A stretch of DNA of 64,000 nt from the NCBI GenBank assembly GCA_963514005.1, contig OY740792.1:12214001-12278000 (forward strand), in the 5' to 3' direction. The translations under genes were made by a program, and so were the position numbers. Origin of the DNA: Raja brachyura. Its lineage: Eukaryota. Positions 13,078-24,873 of the stretch are shown piece by piece (the first letter of the stretch is position 1; each line of letters starts with the position of its first letter). Below the pieces are notes generated by a model. That model was not told where the DNA came from. It did no database searches and was given only the letters and a program-made list of their open reading frames with translations.

Positions 13078-16000
13078 TGTCACATCTTCACCTAAGATGT
13101 AGAATAATAATACTGACACAATATTTACAGGTTACATTCCTTTGTCTCTATGCTTATTATCTCCTGCCTTGGCTTACACAGCGCACCTGTGACAGGTCTT
13201 TGGTCGTAGTGCCTGTGGGATCATCAATCTGTTACCTCTCAGCACACACTGACCAATTACACAAAATTCATCTTTTATGGGAACATATGCTTTGTAAAGG
13301 CATTGATCCCATTGCCCACTGTGTATACACTTTCTGATATCTTTGAGTTCAGGATCATGTTCTGATTCCCTTTCATCTTCCTTCATTGTCACGGCTCTTG
13401 GCGTTGACTGAATGGCGACGAAGTGCACAAAGTTCTCTGCTTCCATCTCTAGCGTGGATGTTGCTCTCAACTGTTCATCCTTCAACAGTCTCGACAGCGG
13501 GTCCACGATGTTTGCTTTCCCAGCAATGTGGACTACTTTGTACTTGTACAGTTGGAGTCTTAGCACCCAATGTTCTATTCTGGCACATGGCTTGGACCTT
13601 ATCGAATAGATCGCTTCCAGCGGCTTGTGATTGGTAACGAGTTTGAATTCAAGCCGTACAAGTATGCATGGAACATTTCACAGGCCCACACTAGTCCCAG
13701 TGCTTCTTTCTCTGTTTGAGAATACTTTCTTTCCACACTGGCTAAAGATCGACTGGCATATGCTATGATTCTGGGTCCATCTGCGTGCGTCTGTATCAGC
13801 ACTGCTCCCCAGCATGTGCTATGACTTTTGTTGGTGTAGCTGGATCATAATATCCAAGGGTTTCTGCACTCGTTAGACTCTGTTTCAGTGATTTGAATGC
13901 CTGTCTCTGTTCACTACCAAACTGGAACGGTACGTCTTTCCTGGTCAACTTTCTCAGCGGATCTGCCAGTGTAGCAAAATTTGGAATAAATTTTGCACAG
14001 TGATTGACCAGTCCTGGAAAGCTCCTCATCTCGGTTGCATTCTGAGGTTCATTTGCATCTGCAACAGCTTTCACTTTGGCCTTGGCCGGGTTCAGGCCTT
14101 CACTTGTGAGTCTGTGTCCCATGAAATCCATCTCAGAGACGCCAAGCTTGTACTTTTCTTTATTCACGGTGAGTCCTGCTTCTTGAAGTTTAGTCAACAC
14201 TAGCTTTAACCTCCTGTCGTGCTCTTCACGAATTGATGCATGGACAATGATGTCATCTGATATGTTTGCTGCTCCTGGTACACCTTGAATAACTCTGTGG
14301 ATTTTGTACTGATAGATCTCGGGAGCAGCATTGATTCCAAACATCAGTCTTTTGTACCGATACAATCCACAGTGAGTGTCGAATGTTGTCACCTCTCTTG
14401 ACTCTGGATGTAATTCCAATTGATGATATCCCCACAAGATCAATTTTGGTGAACACTTTACTGGTTGAGAACTCTTGTAGCACCTCATCGACCTTAGGAA
14501 TTGGGTGTCTTTCTCTGATTATTGCCTCATTGGCCCTCCTCATGTCAACGCACAGTCTAATGTCATCATTGGGTTTCGGCACAATCACTACTGGACTCAA
14601 CCATGGTGTTGAACTGGCTCAATAATGTGCTGATCAATCATATCCTTGATTTTAGCGTCTACTTTTCTATAAAGTCCAAATGGCGTATTCCGCACTGGTT
14701 GAGCTATCAGCTTGACATTTTCATCAATGGCAAACTTCACTTGCCGGCCTTTCAATTTTCCAACCCATTGGAATACTGAGTAAAAGTCCTGCCTTATGTC
14801 ACCATATGACTGCGCTGAATTGACCTGCACTCCGATGTGAAGCACTCCCAGCTCTCGAGCTGTATTTCTCCTCAGTCGAGGTTCCCCCTTCTGCTCTATC
14901 ACCACAAATTCTGCTTCAGTTTTTCTATCTCCGGATTCTACTTTAGCCGTGAAACATCCAATGGTCTACAATGGTTTGGTTGCGTTGTATGGATATAACT
15001 TCCTGCTATACCTCCTTGACGTGCACTTGATTTTCTGCTGTTTCAAGCATTCCCAAAGTGATCTGTCAATTATGTTGCTGTCGCTACCAGAATCTACAAT
15101 CACTGGCACTGTAACACCTCCGATGGTCACTGTAACTTTCTCGTGATGACTATCATTCAATGTAAACTGATTCATTTTAACAGCATGCTCACCAGCTTCA
15201 TGAAAAAGGATTTGAGTATAGGAGCAGGGAGGTTCTACTTCAGTTGTTTAGGGTCTTGGTGAGGCCACATCTGGAGTATTGCGTACAGTTCTGGTCTCCA
15301 AATCTGAGGAAGGACATCATTGCCATAGAGGGAGTGCAGAGAAGGTTCACCAGACTGATTCCTGGGATGTCAGGACTGTCTTATGAACAAAAACTGCATA
15401 GACTCGGTTTATACTCTCTAGGATTTAGGAGATTGAGAGGGGATCTTATAGAAACTTACAAAATTCTTAAGGGGTTGGACAGGCTAGATGCAGGAAGATT
15501 GTTCCCGATGTTGGGGAGGTCCAGGACAAGGGGTCACAGCTTAAGGATAAGGGGGAAGTCCTTTAGGACCGAGATGAGAAGGAATGTTTTCACACAGAGA
15601 GTGCTGGGTCTCTGGAACTCTCTGCCACAGAGGGTAGTTGAGGCCAGTTCATTGGCTATATTTAAGAGGGAGTTAGATGTGGCCCTTGTGGCTAAGGGGA
15701 TCAGAGGGTATGGAGAGAAGGCAGGTACGGGATACTGAGTTGGATGATCAGCCATGATCATATTGAATGGCGGTGCAGGCTCGAAGGGCCGAATGGCCTA
15801 CTCCTGCACCTAATTTCTATGTTTCTATGTTTCTATCACTGGCTTCATCACCTCCGACATCACCTTCTACGTGACGGACATGACCCTTCTTTTTCTGCCA
15901 AGGTCCGTCTTTCTTTTCACTGGACTTCCCTTTCTTGTTGTAATCACTTGTCTTGTCCCTGGCCTTACTTTTACATTTCTTTGCAAAATGATCTTTATCT

Positions 16001-17287
16001 CCACATTTCCTACATGATCTACCTTTTGCTGGACAACATGCATCTTTCCTCATGTGCTCCTTGTGGCCACACCTGTAACACTCGATCTCATGCTCAGGCT
16101 TACTTCTTGGACTACCGTAGGACAGCCAGTTAACTTGCCCAGTCTTTGAATCGTTCAATTTCATGCTGTGAAATTGTTCCTCAACAGCTTCCAGTGCGCT
16201 GCAATCGACAAAGCATCATTAAGGTTTAACTAAGCAGGAGCAACCTACCAGAACCAATTAGAAGTACAAAGTTGACAACAGGACCAAGGGTCGACGTAGC
16301 TGTTAACTTTCTTGGACCACTTCCAACAGGTGAATCAATTATGGTAGTGGTAGACTACTATAGTAGGTTCTACGAGTATGCAGTGATGAAGTCAACTACA
16401 GCAGAAAAGACGGTACAGGCATTAGCGGAGATCTTCGCCAGACACGGGTTGCCTGTTACATTGTGCTCCGACAATGGGTCACAGTTTGTTTCTGAGATGT
16501 TTGCTGAATACATGAGAATCACAGGCATCCATCATCACAAGGTGACTCCTAAATGGCCACAAGCTAACGGAGAAGTAAAGAGACAAAACCAGTCCATAGA
16601 GAAGCTGATACAAATCCCCCCATGCTGAAGGGAAAAGCTGGAAGGAGGCACTGGTAGCATACGTACCTGTATAACGGGCAATCACTCACTCAACGACAGG
16701 GAAAAGCCCAGCAGAAGCCTTGTTTGGAAGGAAAATTTGCACAAAAATACCAGAAGTGCGAGAGATCACGGAAGACCAGGAGCTGAGAGACTGTGATGCC
16801 GCAAAGAAAAGTGCGGCAAAATCTTGAAACAAGGAGCCAGGCACCCTGAAATAATGACTGGTGATGACATGCTTGTGAGGCGAGATGATGGCGGTAAGGT
16901 GGACACTCCTTACCATTGCCAGCCATACAATGTTGTATCGAGGAGCGGCAGCATGGTGACAGTCAAGTCTCCAGAAGGTGTTATCTACAAGAGAAATGTA
17001 TCGAGTGGCAAAAAGTACATGTCCAGAGACAGTCAAAGCAAGGTGGCCCAAAATCCACCGAGAGCCACCGATTCAGAGGGGCCAGACGACATCCCTGAGG
17101 CACTGACCAGTGTTCCTGAGACAACCAGCATTTCCTGCTGCAAGTTGGAGGACAGGTCGTGTGTGCGCTGTGCAAACCAAGGCAGGAGGCCATGGCCGGG
17201 GGAGATATTAAACACAGAGACAAAGGAATGTAACCTGTAAATATTGTGTCAGTATTATTATTCCACATCTTAGGCGAAGATGTGACA
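13078..17287. mobile_element. Rearranged Gypsy element with terminal inverted repeats
   Basis: Minus strand: CCHC gag (15817-16164), protease VDSGS (14966-15175), RT (13796-14600), RNase H (13599-13802). Plus strand: integrase (16272-16628; SDNG, ANGEV). The ends TGTCACATCTTC.../...GAAGATGTGACA are inverted repeats; TSD ACTAA at 13073-13077 and 17288-17292. Confidence 0.88.
15186..15836 (+). mobile_element. CR1 3' fragment inserted in the Gypsy element
   Basis: ORF 15244-15738 (RPHLEYCVQFWSP...WNSLP); (TTTCTATG)n tail. Confidence 0.92.
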
Positions 17288-17613
17288 ACTAACACTATCC
17301 TACACACACTAGGGACAATTTTACACTGATACCAAGCCACAAACCTACAAACCTGTACCTATTTGGAGTGTAGGAGGAAACCAAAGATCTCAGAAAGAAC
17401 CCATGTGGTCATGGTGAGAACGTACAGGGAGCACCTGTGGTCGGGATCGAACCCGGGTCTCGGGCGCTGCAAGGCAGCAACTCTACCGCTGCGCCACCAT
17501 ACTGCCCTACTTGGACTACTTTGTATATTAACCTAAAAAAAGTTCTATTATCAGGAACGATTGTGCCACTGGTTATCGACTGTTCACTAATTCATTGAAA
17601 TATTTGACCTCAG

Positions 17614-17733
17614 CAGCTGCCAGGAATCAGTCTTGGCTAATTATTGCCATTGTGGTGCCCATTGCTGTGGCCATCCTGCTTATAATACTCATCGTTGTGA
17701 TTGTTATCTGCCTAAAACGAAGAAAACGCTACG
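17614..17733 (+). CDS. IGSF5: IGSF5-like transmembrane exon
   Basis: Tandem cagcag acceptor and donor G|gtcagt; phase 1-1, compatible with the previous exon. Encodes WLIIAIVVPIAVAILLIILIVVIVICL followed by the basic stop-transfer motif KRRKRY. Confidence 0.88.
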
Positions 17734-17804
17734 GTCAGTGTCAACATTCTCTTTATCCTTTACCAGCAATCGTCATTATTTACTTACAGCTTTAATTGCA
17801 TTTT

Positions 17805-18722
17805 GAAGGTAGACACAAAATGCTGGAGTAACTCAGCGGGTCAGGCAGCATCTCTGGAGAAAAGGAATAGGTGACGTCTCGAGCCGGGTCCCTACTTCCG
17901 ACTGAAAGATCCAGGTGGGGGATTGGGTGGGGGGGGGGGGGGGGGTGGAAGGAAAAACTGGTGGCGAGAAAAGGCCAGAACAAATCATGGGCCAGCAACA
18001 GATGATCCTGGGATGGGTGGAGTCCATAATGGACCATTGTTGGCTGGGGAAGAGAGAGGGATATTAGGATGTGGACAATAGAACTCGTAGGACGACTAGG
18101 GTGGAGGAGGTGGCGGAGGTAAGAGAGGGAAGGGGGAGGGAATGTGTAGGAAGGAACTGCAGTTGCTGGTTTAAACCGAAGATCGACACAAAATGCTTGG
18201 GTAACACAGGGGGACAGGCAACATCCCTGGAGAGAAGGAATGGATGACGTTTCAGGTCAAGACCCTTGTTCGGACTAGTCAGGGGAAAAGGAAACGAAAG
18301 GGCGAGGGAATGCAGTGGTTACTTGAAAAGAGAGAAATCAAAGTTCATACCGCTGGGTTGTAACCTGCCCAAGCGAAATATGAGGTGCTGTTCTTCCAAT
18401 TTGCACGTGACCTCACACTGACAGCGGAGGAGGCCCAGGACAGAATGGGAAGAGCGAGTTAAAATGTTTAGCAACCAGGAGATCGCGTAGGCGAAGGCGG
18501 TTGTTTTGTATAACAAGGAACAGCAGATGCTGGTTTAAACCAAAGATCGACACAAAAAGCTGGAGTAACTCAGCGGGAACAGGCAGCATCACTGGAGAGA
18601 AGGAATGGGTGACGTTTCATGTCGAGAACTCTGAAGAAGGGTCTCGACCCGAAACGTCACCCATTGCTCCTCTCCAGAGATGCTGCCGGTCCCACTGAGT
18701 TACTCCAGCTTTTTGTGTCTCT
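17805..18722. mobile_element. Cluster of Penelope-like element fragments with palindromic terminal repeats
   Basis: ORF 18319-18516 (minus) contains KLEEQHLIFRLGRLQPSGMNFDF, the PLE GIY-YIG endonuclease C-terminus; flanked by gatgctg...actcagc palindromic modules. Confidence 0.75.
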
Positions 18723-20219
18723 CTGCGGTTCTTTTGTATCTGTTTTGAATTGTATTCATAAATGTGCAGAGCGGTTTGGCATGTTACTAAAGGGTCTTAG
18801 ACCAGGCAATGCCAGACTTTGGGCCAGTATTTGACGGATTTTATCTGTGCTAACAGAGCCATTGAAGGGTATCTAATCAAGTGAGCTGGAGTGATTTATA
18901 TTATATGACTTTACCGTAAGAAATCAAATTCCAAGAATGATAATAACAAGTAAAAGCATGGGGGAGGAAAAGCCTTGTGATATCCTTGAGAAAATAATTC
19001 TCAATTGATCCCTCTGTTAAATACTTACCTTGAATTTGCCAAGGTTATAAACTTTCCTGCGTTATACATTTCTTTGTGGGTAATGTGTTTCGTTTGTTCA
19101 TTGCTCTGTGTGTGAAATAATCAAACCTAGATGATTCAGATGCTCCAGAACTTGTCAAAAGAACTCGAGATAATTACCACTGTGGGCTGTGGTGGTCAAG
19201 TCAATGGATGTTTTTAAGGTGGAGATTGATTGATTCTTGATTAGTATGGGCGTCAGAGGTTGTGGGAAGAAGGCAGGAGAATGGGGTTGAGAGGGAAAGA
19301 TAGATCAGCCATGATTGAATGGCGGAGGAGACTTGATGGGCCGAACAGCCTAATTCTGCTCCTGCAACTTATTAACTTATGGATTTATTTTGTTAAAAGA
19401 AGATACAGTATAAGCTGCATTTCAAATGGTGTCCCAAGATGGGCTAAAAGGGATTGCACTAACTTCTGTGCAGCACATTGGGGTTATTACGTTGGCTAAA
19501 AACCACAATAGCAAACGCTACTACATATTTTAAAATCCAATGTGTGGTCTTCCCTCCATCATGTTTCGCCCCTATATGTGGAACTCCCCTGGGAAGCCAT
19601 TCCATGTCCATTTCACAGGTTACTATGACCCAAGCTCAGGATCTTCCAGCCTTTAGACCACAATATCCTGTGTTTTTCAGCTCCGATGATCTCCTGCATT
19701 AATGTCTTTGCTCATTCAACTGGATGATATACCTGAAAGAACAGACACTTTATATCCCTCTCCCGCTAGCCCTTCTGGACATATATCAATTAGGCAGGTA
19801 CATGGATGAATAGGACAGGTTTAGAGGGATATGGGCAAAAGTAGGCAGTTGTGACTAGTGTAGATATGACATGTTGGTTGGTATGGGTAATTTGGGCCGA
19901 AGGGCCTGTTTCCACACTGTATGAGTATGACTCTATATTGACAGACAAACATACAGTTAAAATAAAAGGTAGACACAAAATGCTGGAGTAACTCAGCAGG
20001 ACAGGCAGCAACTCTGGAGATTAGGAATGGGTGACATTTCGGGTCGAGGCTCTTCTTCAGACTGATGTCAGGGGAGTGGGCGGTACAGAGATAGAATGTA
20101 GTCGGAGACAGTAATAAGACTGATGGGAGAACTGGGAATGGGGAGAGGATGGAGAGAGAGGGAAAGGGCGGGCTATTTGAAGTTAGAGAAGTCAATGTTC
20201 ATACCGCTGGGGTGTAAAC

Positions 20220-21359
20220 CGGAAGTGGCGGCGCTGCTTGGCAGCTGCAGCTCACATGCAGTCCGTTTGTCTTTTATTTTATTTTTGTCCTCGTCCCTGT
20301 TTTTGGTGTTTATTTTTGGTTTGTTGGGTTGTGTATGTGTGTGTGTGGGGGGGGGGGAGGGTGGGAGAAAGGGGGTTTTAGTCTCTCCCTTCGGGGGGAT
20401 GCGACTTTTCCTGTCGTGTCCCCCGACACCGTCTCCGTCTGTGCTGAGGCCCTGGTGACGGCCTTCCAGCTTCCAGAGGCGGCGGCACGGCCTTCAGAGC
20501 TTCAGCGGCGACCTGGCTTCCGGAGGCGACCTGGATTTCGGGAGCTGCGGTGCTCCAGCGGCGGCCTGGGTTTCGGGAGCTGCGGTGCTCCAGCGGCGGC
20601 CTGGGTTTCGGGAGCTGTGGTGCTCCAGCGGCGGCCTGGGTTTCGGGAGCTGCGGTGCTCCAGCGGCGGCCTGGCTCCCTCTGAGCTGCGGTGCTCCAGC
20701 GGCGGCCTGGCTCCCTCTGAGCTGCGGTGCTCCAGCGGCGGCCTGGCTCCCTCTGAGCTGCGGTGCTCCAGCGGCGGCCTGGGTTTCGGGAGCTGCGGTG
20801 CTCCAGCGGCGGCCTGGCTTTCGGGAGCTGCGGTGCTCCAGCGGCGGCCTGGGTTTCGGGAGCTGCGGTGCTCCAGCGGCGGACTGGGTTTCAGGAGCTG
20901 CGGTGCTCCAGCGGCGGCCTGGCTCCCTCTGAGCTGCGGTGTTCCAGCGGCGGCCTGGGTTTCGGGAGCTGCGGTACTCCAGCGGCGGCCTGGTTTTCGG
21001 GAGCTGCGGTGCTCCAGCGACGTTCCGGCGGCGGGCCCTGTGGCGGTGTTCCGGCGTTCCGGCGTCAGCGGTGGCGGCGGCCTGGATCTCCTCAGCGCAG
21101 AGGGAGAATAAGGAGGGGAGAAAGACAGAGACCCTAAGACTTTTGCCTTCCACCACAGTGAGGAGGTGTTTGGTGAACTCACTGTGGTGGATGTTAATTT
21201 TGTGTTTATTGTGTGGTATTGTTATTTTTATATATGTATGACTGCAGGCACGAAATTTCGTTCAGACCGAAAGGTCTGAATGACAATAAAGGCATTCAAT
21301 TCAATTCAATCCAATCAATTCAATTCAATTCAATTCAATTCAATTCAATTCAATTCAAT
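20220..21359 (+). mobile_element. Composite non-autonomous retroposon: GC-rich head, VNTR and Rex1/Babar-type 3' tail
   Basis: TSD TAAAC (20215-20219 and 21360-21364) inside a Penelope fragment; 3' end aatttcgtt...tgacaataaa plus a (TTCAA)n tail, like the Rex1 copies at 917-975 and 22791-22856. Confidence 0.75.
20540..21020 (+). repeat. GC-rich minisatellite, about 14 units of 35/36 bp
   Basis: Unit GAGCTGCGGTGCTCCAGCGGCGGCCTGG followed by GTTTCGG or CTCCCTCT. Confidence 0.95.
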
Positions 21360-21680
21360 TAAACTACCCAAGCGAAATATGAGGTGCTGCTCCTCCAATT
21401 TTCACTGGGCCTCCCTCTGACAATGGAGGAGGCCCAGGACAGAAAGGTCAGATTGGAAATGGGAGGAGGAGTTAAAGTGCAGAGCCACTGGTCCCGATGA
21501 GTTACTCCAGCATTTTGTGTCTACCTTCGATTTAAACCAGCATCTGCAGTTCTTTCCTTCACATCCTGTGCAGAAATATCACTCTTTACTAAAAAATGGT
21601 CTGCTTATAACAATATAATGGAAAAATTATACTATTGCAGAATTTCCTCGTTAATAACTTTGTTTTTCTTTACTTTTTAG

Positions 21681-21705
21681 AAACTCGCTATCAGAATGAG
21701 TTAAG
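21681..21705 (+). CDS. IGSF5: IGSF5-like 25-bp juxtamembrane exon (ETRYQNELR)
   Basis: Strong acceptor tttttctttactttttag| and donor AG|gtaagt; phase 1-2. The YQNELR peptide resembles the fish IGSF5 SYQDEMR motif (recalled). Confidence 0.82.
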
Positions 21706-22430
21706 GTAAGTAAGCTTGCATTAGGTTTTTTAATGATATATACATTCCAAAATTGGTAAATCTTTAGAAATATTTTATCTGCTGGATTACCTGATGTGGT
21801 GCAGCATTGTATATAAAGACATGGTAATGAGTTAGACCGTGGAAATAAGGAACTGCAGATGCTGGTTTATATGAAAGGACACAAAGTGCTGGAGTAGCAG
21901 GCAACATCCTGGCGAATAGGAATAGGTGACATTTTGAGTCGACAATCAGTCTGAACAAGGATCGCGACCCAAAACATCACCTATCCATGTTCTCCAGAAA
22001 TGCTGCCTGATCCACTGAGGGTGGGTCCACTCCAGCACTTTGTGTCCTTTAATATGTTAGGTAGTATTGGTTAGGATGTCAGTAGACCACCTAGTATCAT
22101 TGTCTCCATCACCAGAAGGAGAAAAATCAGCCCATGTTTCTCTTCCTTATCGCTACCCTGTAATTTCTAGTGGAAAATGGATACAATAAAAATTCTACTG
22201 AACCTGCACTGTCTATAGAAGAAGGAGAAGTGATCTTCTTATCACTTACAGAATTCTTAGGGGTCGTGACAGGGCTGCTGCAGAGTTAATATTATCCTTG
22301 CATGTAGCATCTGGAATCAAGATTCACAATCTCTAAATAAAGGATCAGTCAATCAAGTCAAGTAATTTCTTCATCCAGAGGATGGTGAATCTTTGGAATT
22401 CTTAATCTAAGAGGGCAGTGGAATTCAGAT

Positions 22431-22856
22431 AGTATTGGTACTGGAAGTCCGTGCAGAGAGTGGTGAGGACACCTGGAAAAATCATCGGGACGTCTCTCCC
22501 CTCAATCGGGGATATTGCGATCAAACGTTGCGCGTCTAAGGCCAGCAGTATTATAAAGGACCCCACACATCTCCATCACGGACTGTTCACTCTGCTGCCC
22601 TCGGGAAAAAGATACCGCAGCATAAGGAGCAGAACATCAAGGTTCTGCAACAGTTTCTTCCCACGAGCCATCAGACTCCTGAATGCCATGTAATGGGCTG
22701 CCACCATTGTCTATTTTATCCTTTTATCCATTTTATCCTTCTGTTTATTATCGTGTTGCACGGGGAGCCAAATGCAATGGAATTTCGTTTGGAATTGCAT
22801 ATATCGATGTATTTCAAAATGACAATAAAGTCTGTTTGATTTGATTTGATTTGATT
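22431..22856 (+). mobile_element. Rex1/Babar LINE 3' fragment nested in an old CR1
   Basis: ORF 22451-22693 (LPSGKRYRSI...FFPRAIRLLN); aataaa plus (TTTGA)n tail. Confidence 0.85.
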
Positions 22857-24760
22857 GAGATACTGAGTGTATTCGAGACAGATATTGGTAGATTTTTAGG
22901 TATCAAAGGAACAACGGATATCGGATTAATGCAGAAAGATGGTATTTTCCATGGAAGATTGGCAATATTCTATTGAATAGCAGAGCAGAAACAAGGGGCC
23001 AAATGGCCTACTCACGATTCCATTATGGTATTTTTTTAAACGATGTCCGATCAAACTCATCTGTGATGCACTCAACGGTTACGCAGGCCTGTAAAAAGTG
23101 ACAAGAGTAAACTGATCAATGAAGATGTTTGAGTTACTGGTTAGCATCTGCTGACATTGCTCCTCAACGATGGAATCATCTTCCCATCACATTCCTTATG
23201 TATCTCAGTGGCATTTTTTCCCGATAATGCTCCTATGAAGTGTCTTCAGGTATGTAGTAGTTTAGTGGTTCACTGGTTAGGTCCTCGTACAGTCCCCTTT
23301 CCTAAATCAATGATCTGAGTGGCTTGCAAGACCACTTGAGGGGATACGTAAGAATGAGTTTGGAGCCGCATAAAGACCAGGCTCAGCGAAGATGGCACAT
23401 TTTGTTACCTCATGACTTCTGCGTCTAGCAATTTTCTCATCATATTTAATATTTACTTGAATTTAAAAGCCCCAGCTCCTGTGGTGGGATTCCAAACACG
23501 TGTCCAGAGATTAATAGACCCCGATTCTTGAGTTCTGGTCAAGTAACTCAATCCAGTATGTGTAATGTGATGGACTTGTTCTAAATCCTAACATTCTTTA
23601 ATGCCAATCTGTATTACAATCTCCAACATAACATGCGGAACAAAAATGCAAGTAATTTCACAGTTCTTCAATTGAAATTGTATTGAAATTTAATTTAGTT
23701 TAGATTAGAGGCACAGCGTGGAAACAGGCCCTTCTGCCAACTGAGTCCACGCTGAACAGCGATCTCTGTACACTAGCACTATCCTACACACTAGGGACAA
23801 AAATGTTTACCAAAGCCAATTAATCTATAAACCTGTATGTCTTTGGAATGTGGGAGGAAACCAGAGCATTCGGAGAAAACACTTGCAGTCACAGGGAGAA
23901 TGTACAAACGCCGTACTGACAGCACCCGTAGACAGGATCGAACCCGGGTCCCTGGCGCTGTAAGGCAGCAACACTACCGCTGCGACACCGTGCCGCCTCT
24001 TAACTTAAAATGGAGTGACTATCGTCATGCTAGGGAATAGAGTCAATAGGCTCCACAACGAGAAGAGATAAATAGTCAAGGTAATGATTATAGTTAAAGT
24101 CACCTTTTACTGATTTGTTAATGGAGGGAGGAATATTGCTTCGAGGTGTGGGGGAGAGCACTCTGTTCCCTTATGAATAACACGGTGAAATGTTCAGTGC
24201 CCAGGTGATGAACGTACAAAATGGAACAACCTTCTCACACTGGGGCTGCTTAATTCTTCAGCACATCCGTGGGTGGATGTGGAGAAACTGCAGTCCTTTG
24301 ACTTGCTCTGCTGTCAGCCGCTTTAGGCAGTGATGTAGAAAATAAAATACTTTGGCTGAGAGAAAAAAAAAATCTGAAGGTGAGGAATTGGATGAGACAG
24401 GGCGATAGAACATTTCAGTGAAGTATAAATCCCACCACAGCGACGGCCATTAATGTGATGTAAATTTTATGTCGTTACTTCATCAGATAAATTATGAATT
24501 GAAACTTGTTTTTTTTTTCCTCTCTCTGTAGTGTTGTATAAAAAAAACCTTCTCACGTGTTTTGAGTCACGGGGTCTTTCACACTTAAACTGTGATTTAG
24601 CACTGATCCCATCTGCTACCTTCCAGTAGTGAGAAAACAACAGGCTTTATTCTCACTTAGAAGAAATCCACGTGCACTTTCTCCACATAAAATTCTTTGC
24701 CTCTGTTAAAGCTACATTTCCTGTTGTTCAATAATTTCAACCTGCATTTACCATTCATAG

Positions 24761-24873
24761 GAAAAGGTTACCAAAGACTCCACATGAGATGTCCACAGAT
24801 GGTAAAGAAATATACGGTGTGGATAACATTGGAATGTCCATTGGAAGTGAAAATGATTACCAATTTTCTCCAA
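24761..24873 (+). CDS. IGSF5: IGSF5-like cytoplasmic exon (KRLPKTPHEMSTDGKEIYGVDNIGMSIGSENDYQFSP)
   Basis: Acceptor ccattcatag| and donor A|gtaagt; 113 bp, phase 2-1. Open and in frame with the preceding exon; contains a G-x-x-N-x-G motif as in IGSF5 tails. Confidence 0.78.

Noticed and set aside
13078-17287. DIRS element, suggested by the inverted termini
   Set aside because: It has a protease, a DDE integrase and a TSD, and no tyrosine recombinase.
20329-21241. Long overlapping ORFs on both strands, and a CRISPR-like appearance
   Set aside because: They arise from a stop-poor GC-rich minisatellite. There are no unique spacers and no cas genes, and the context is eukaryotic.
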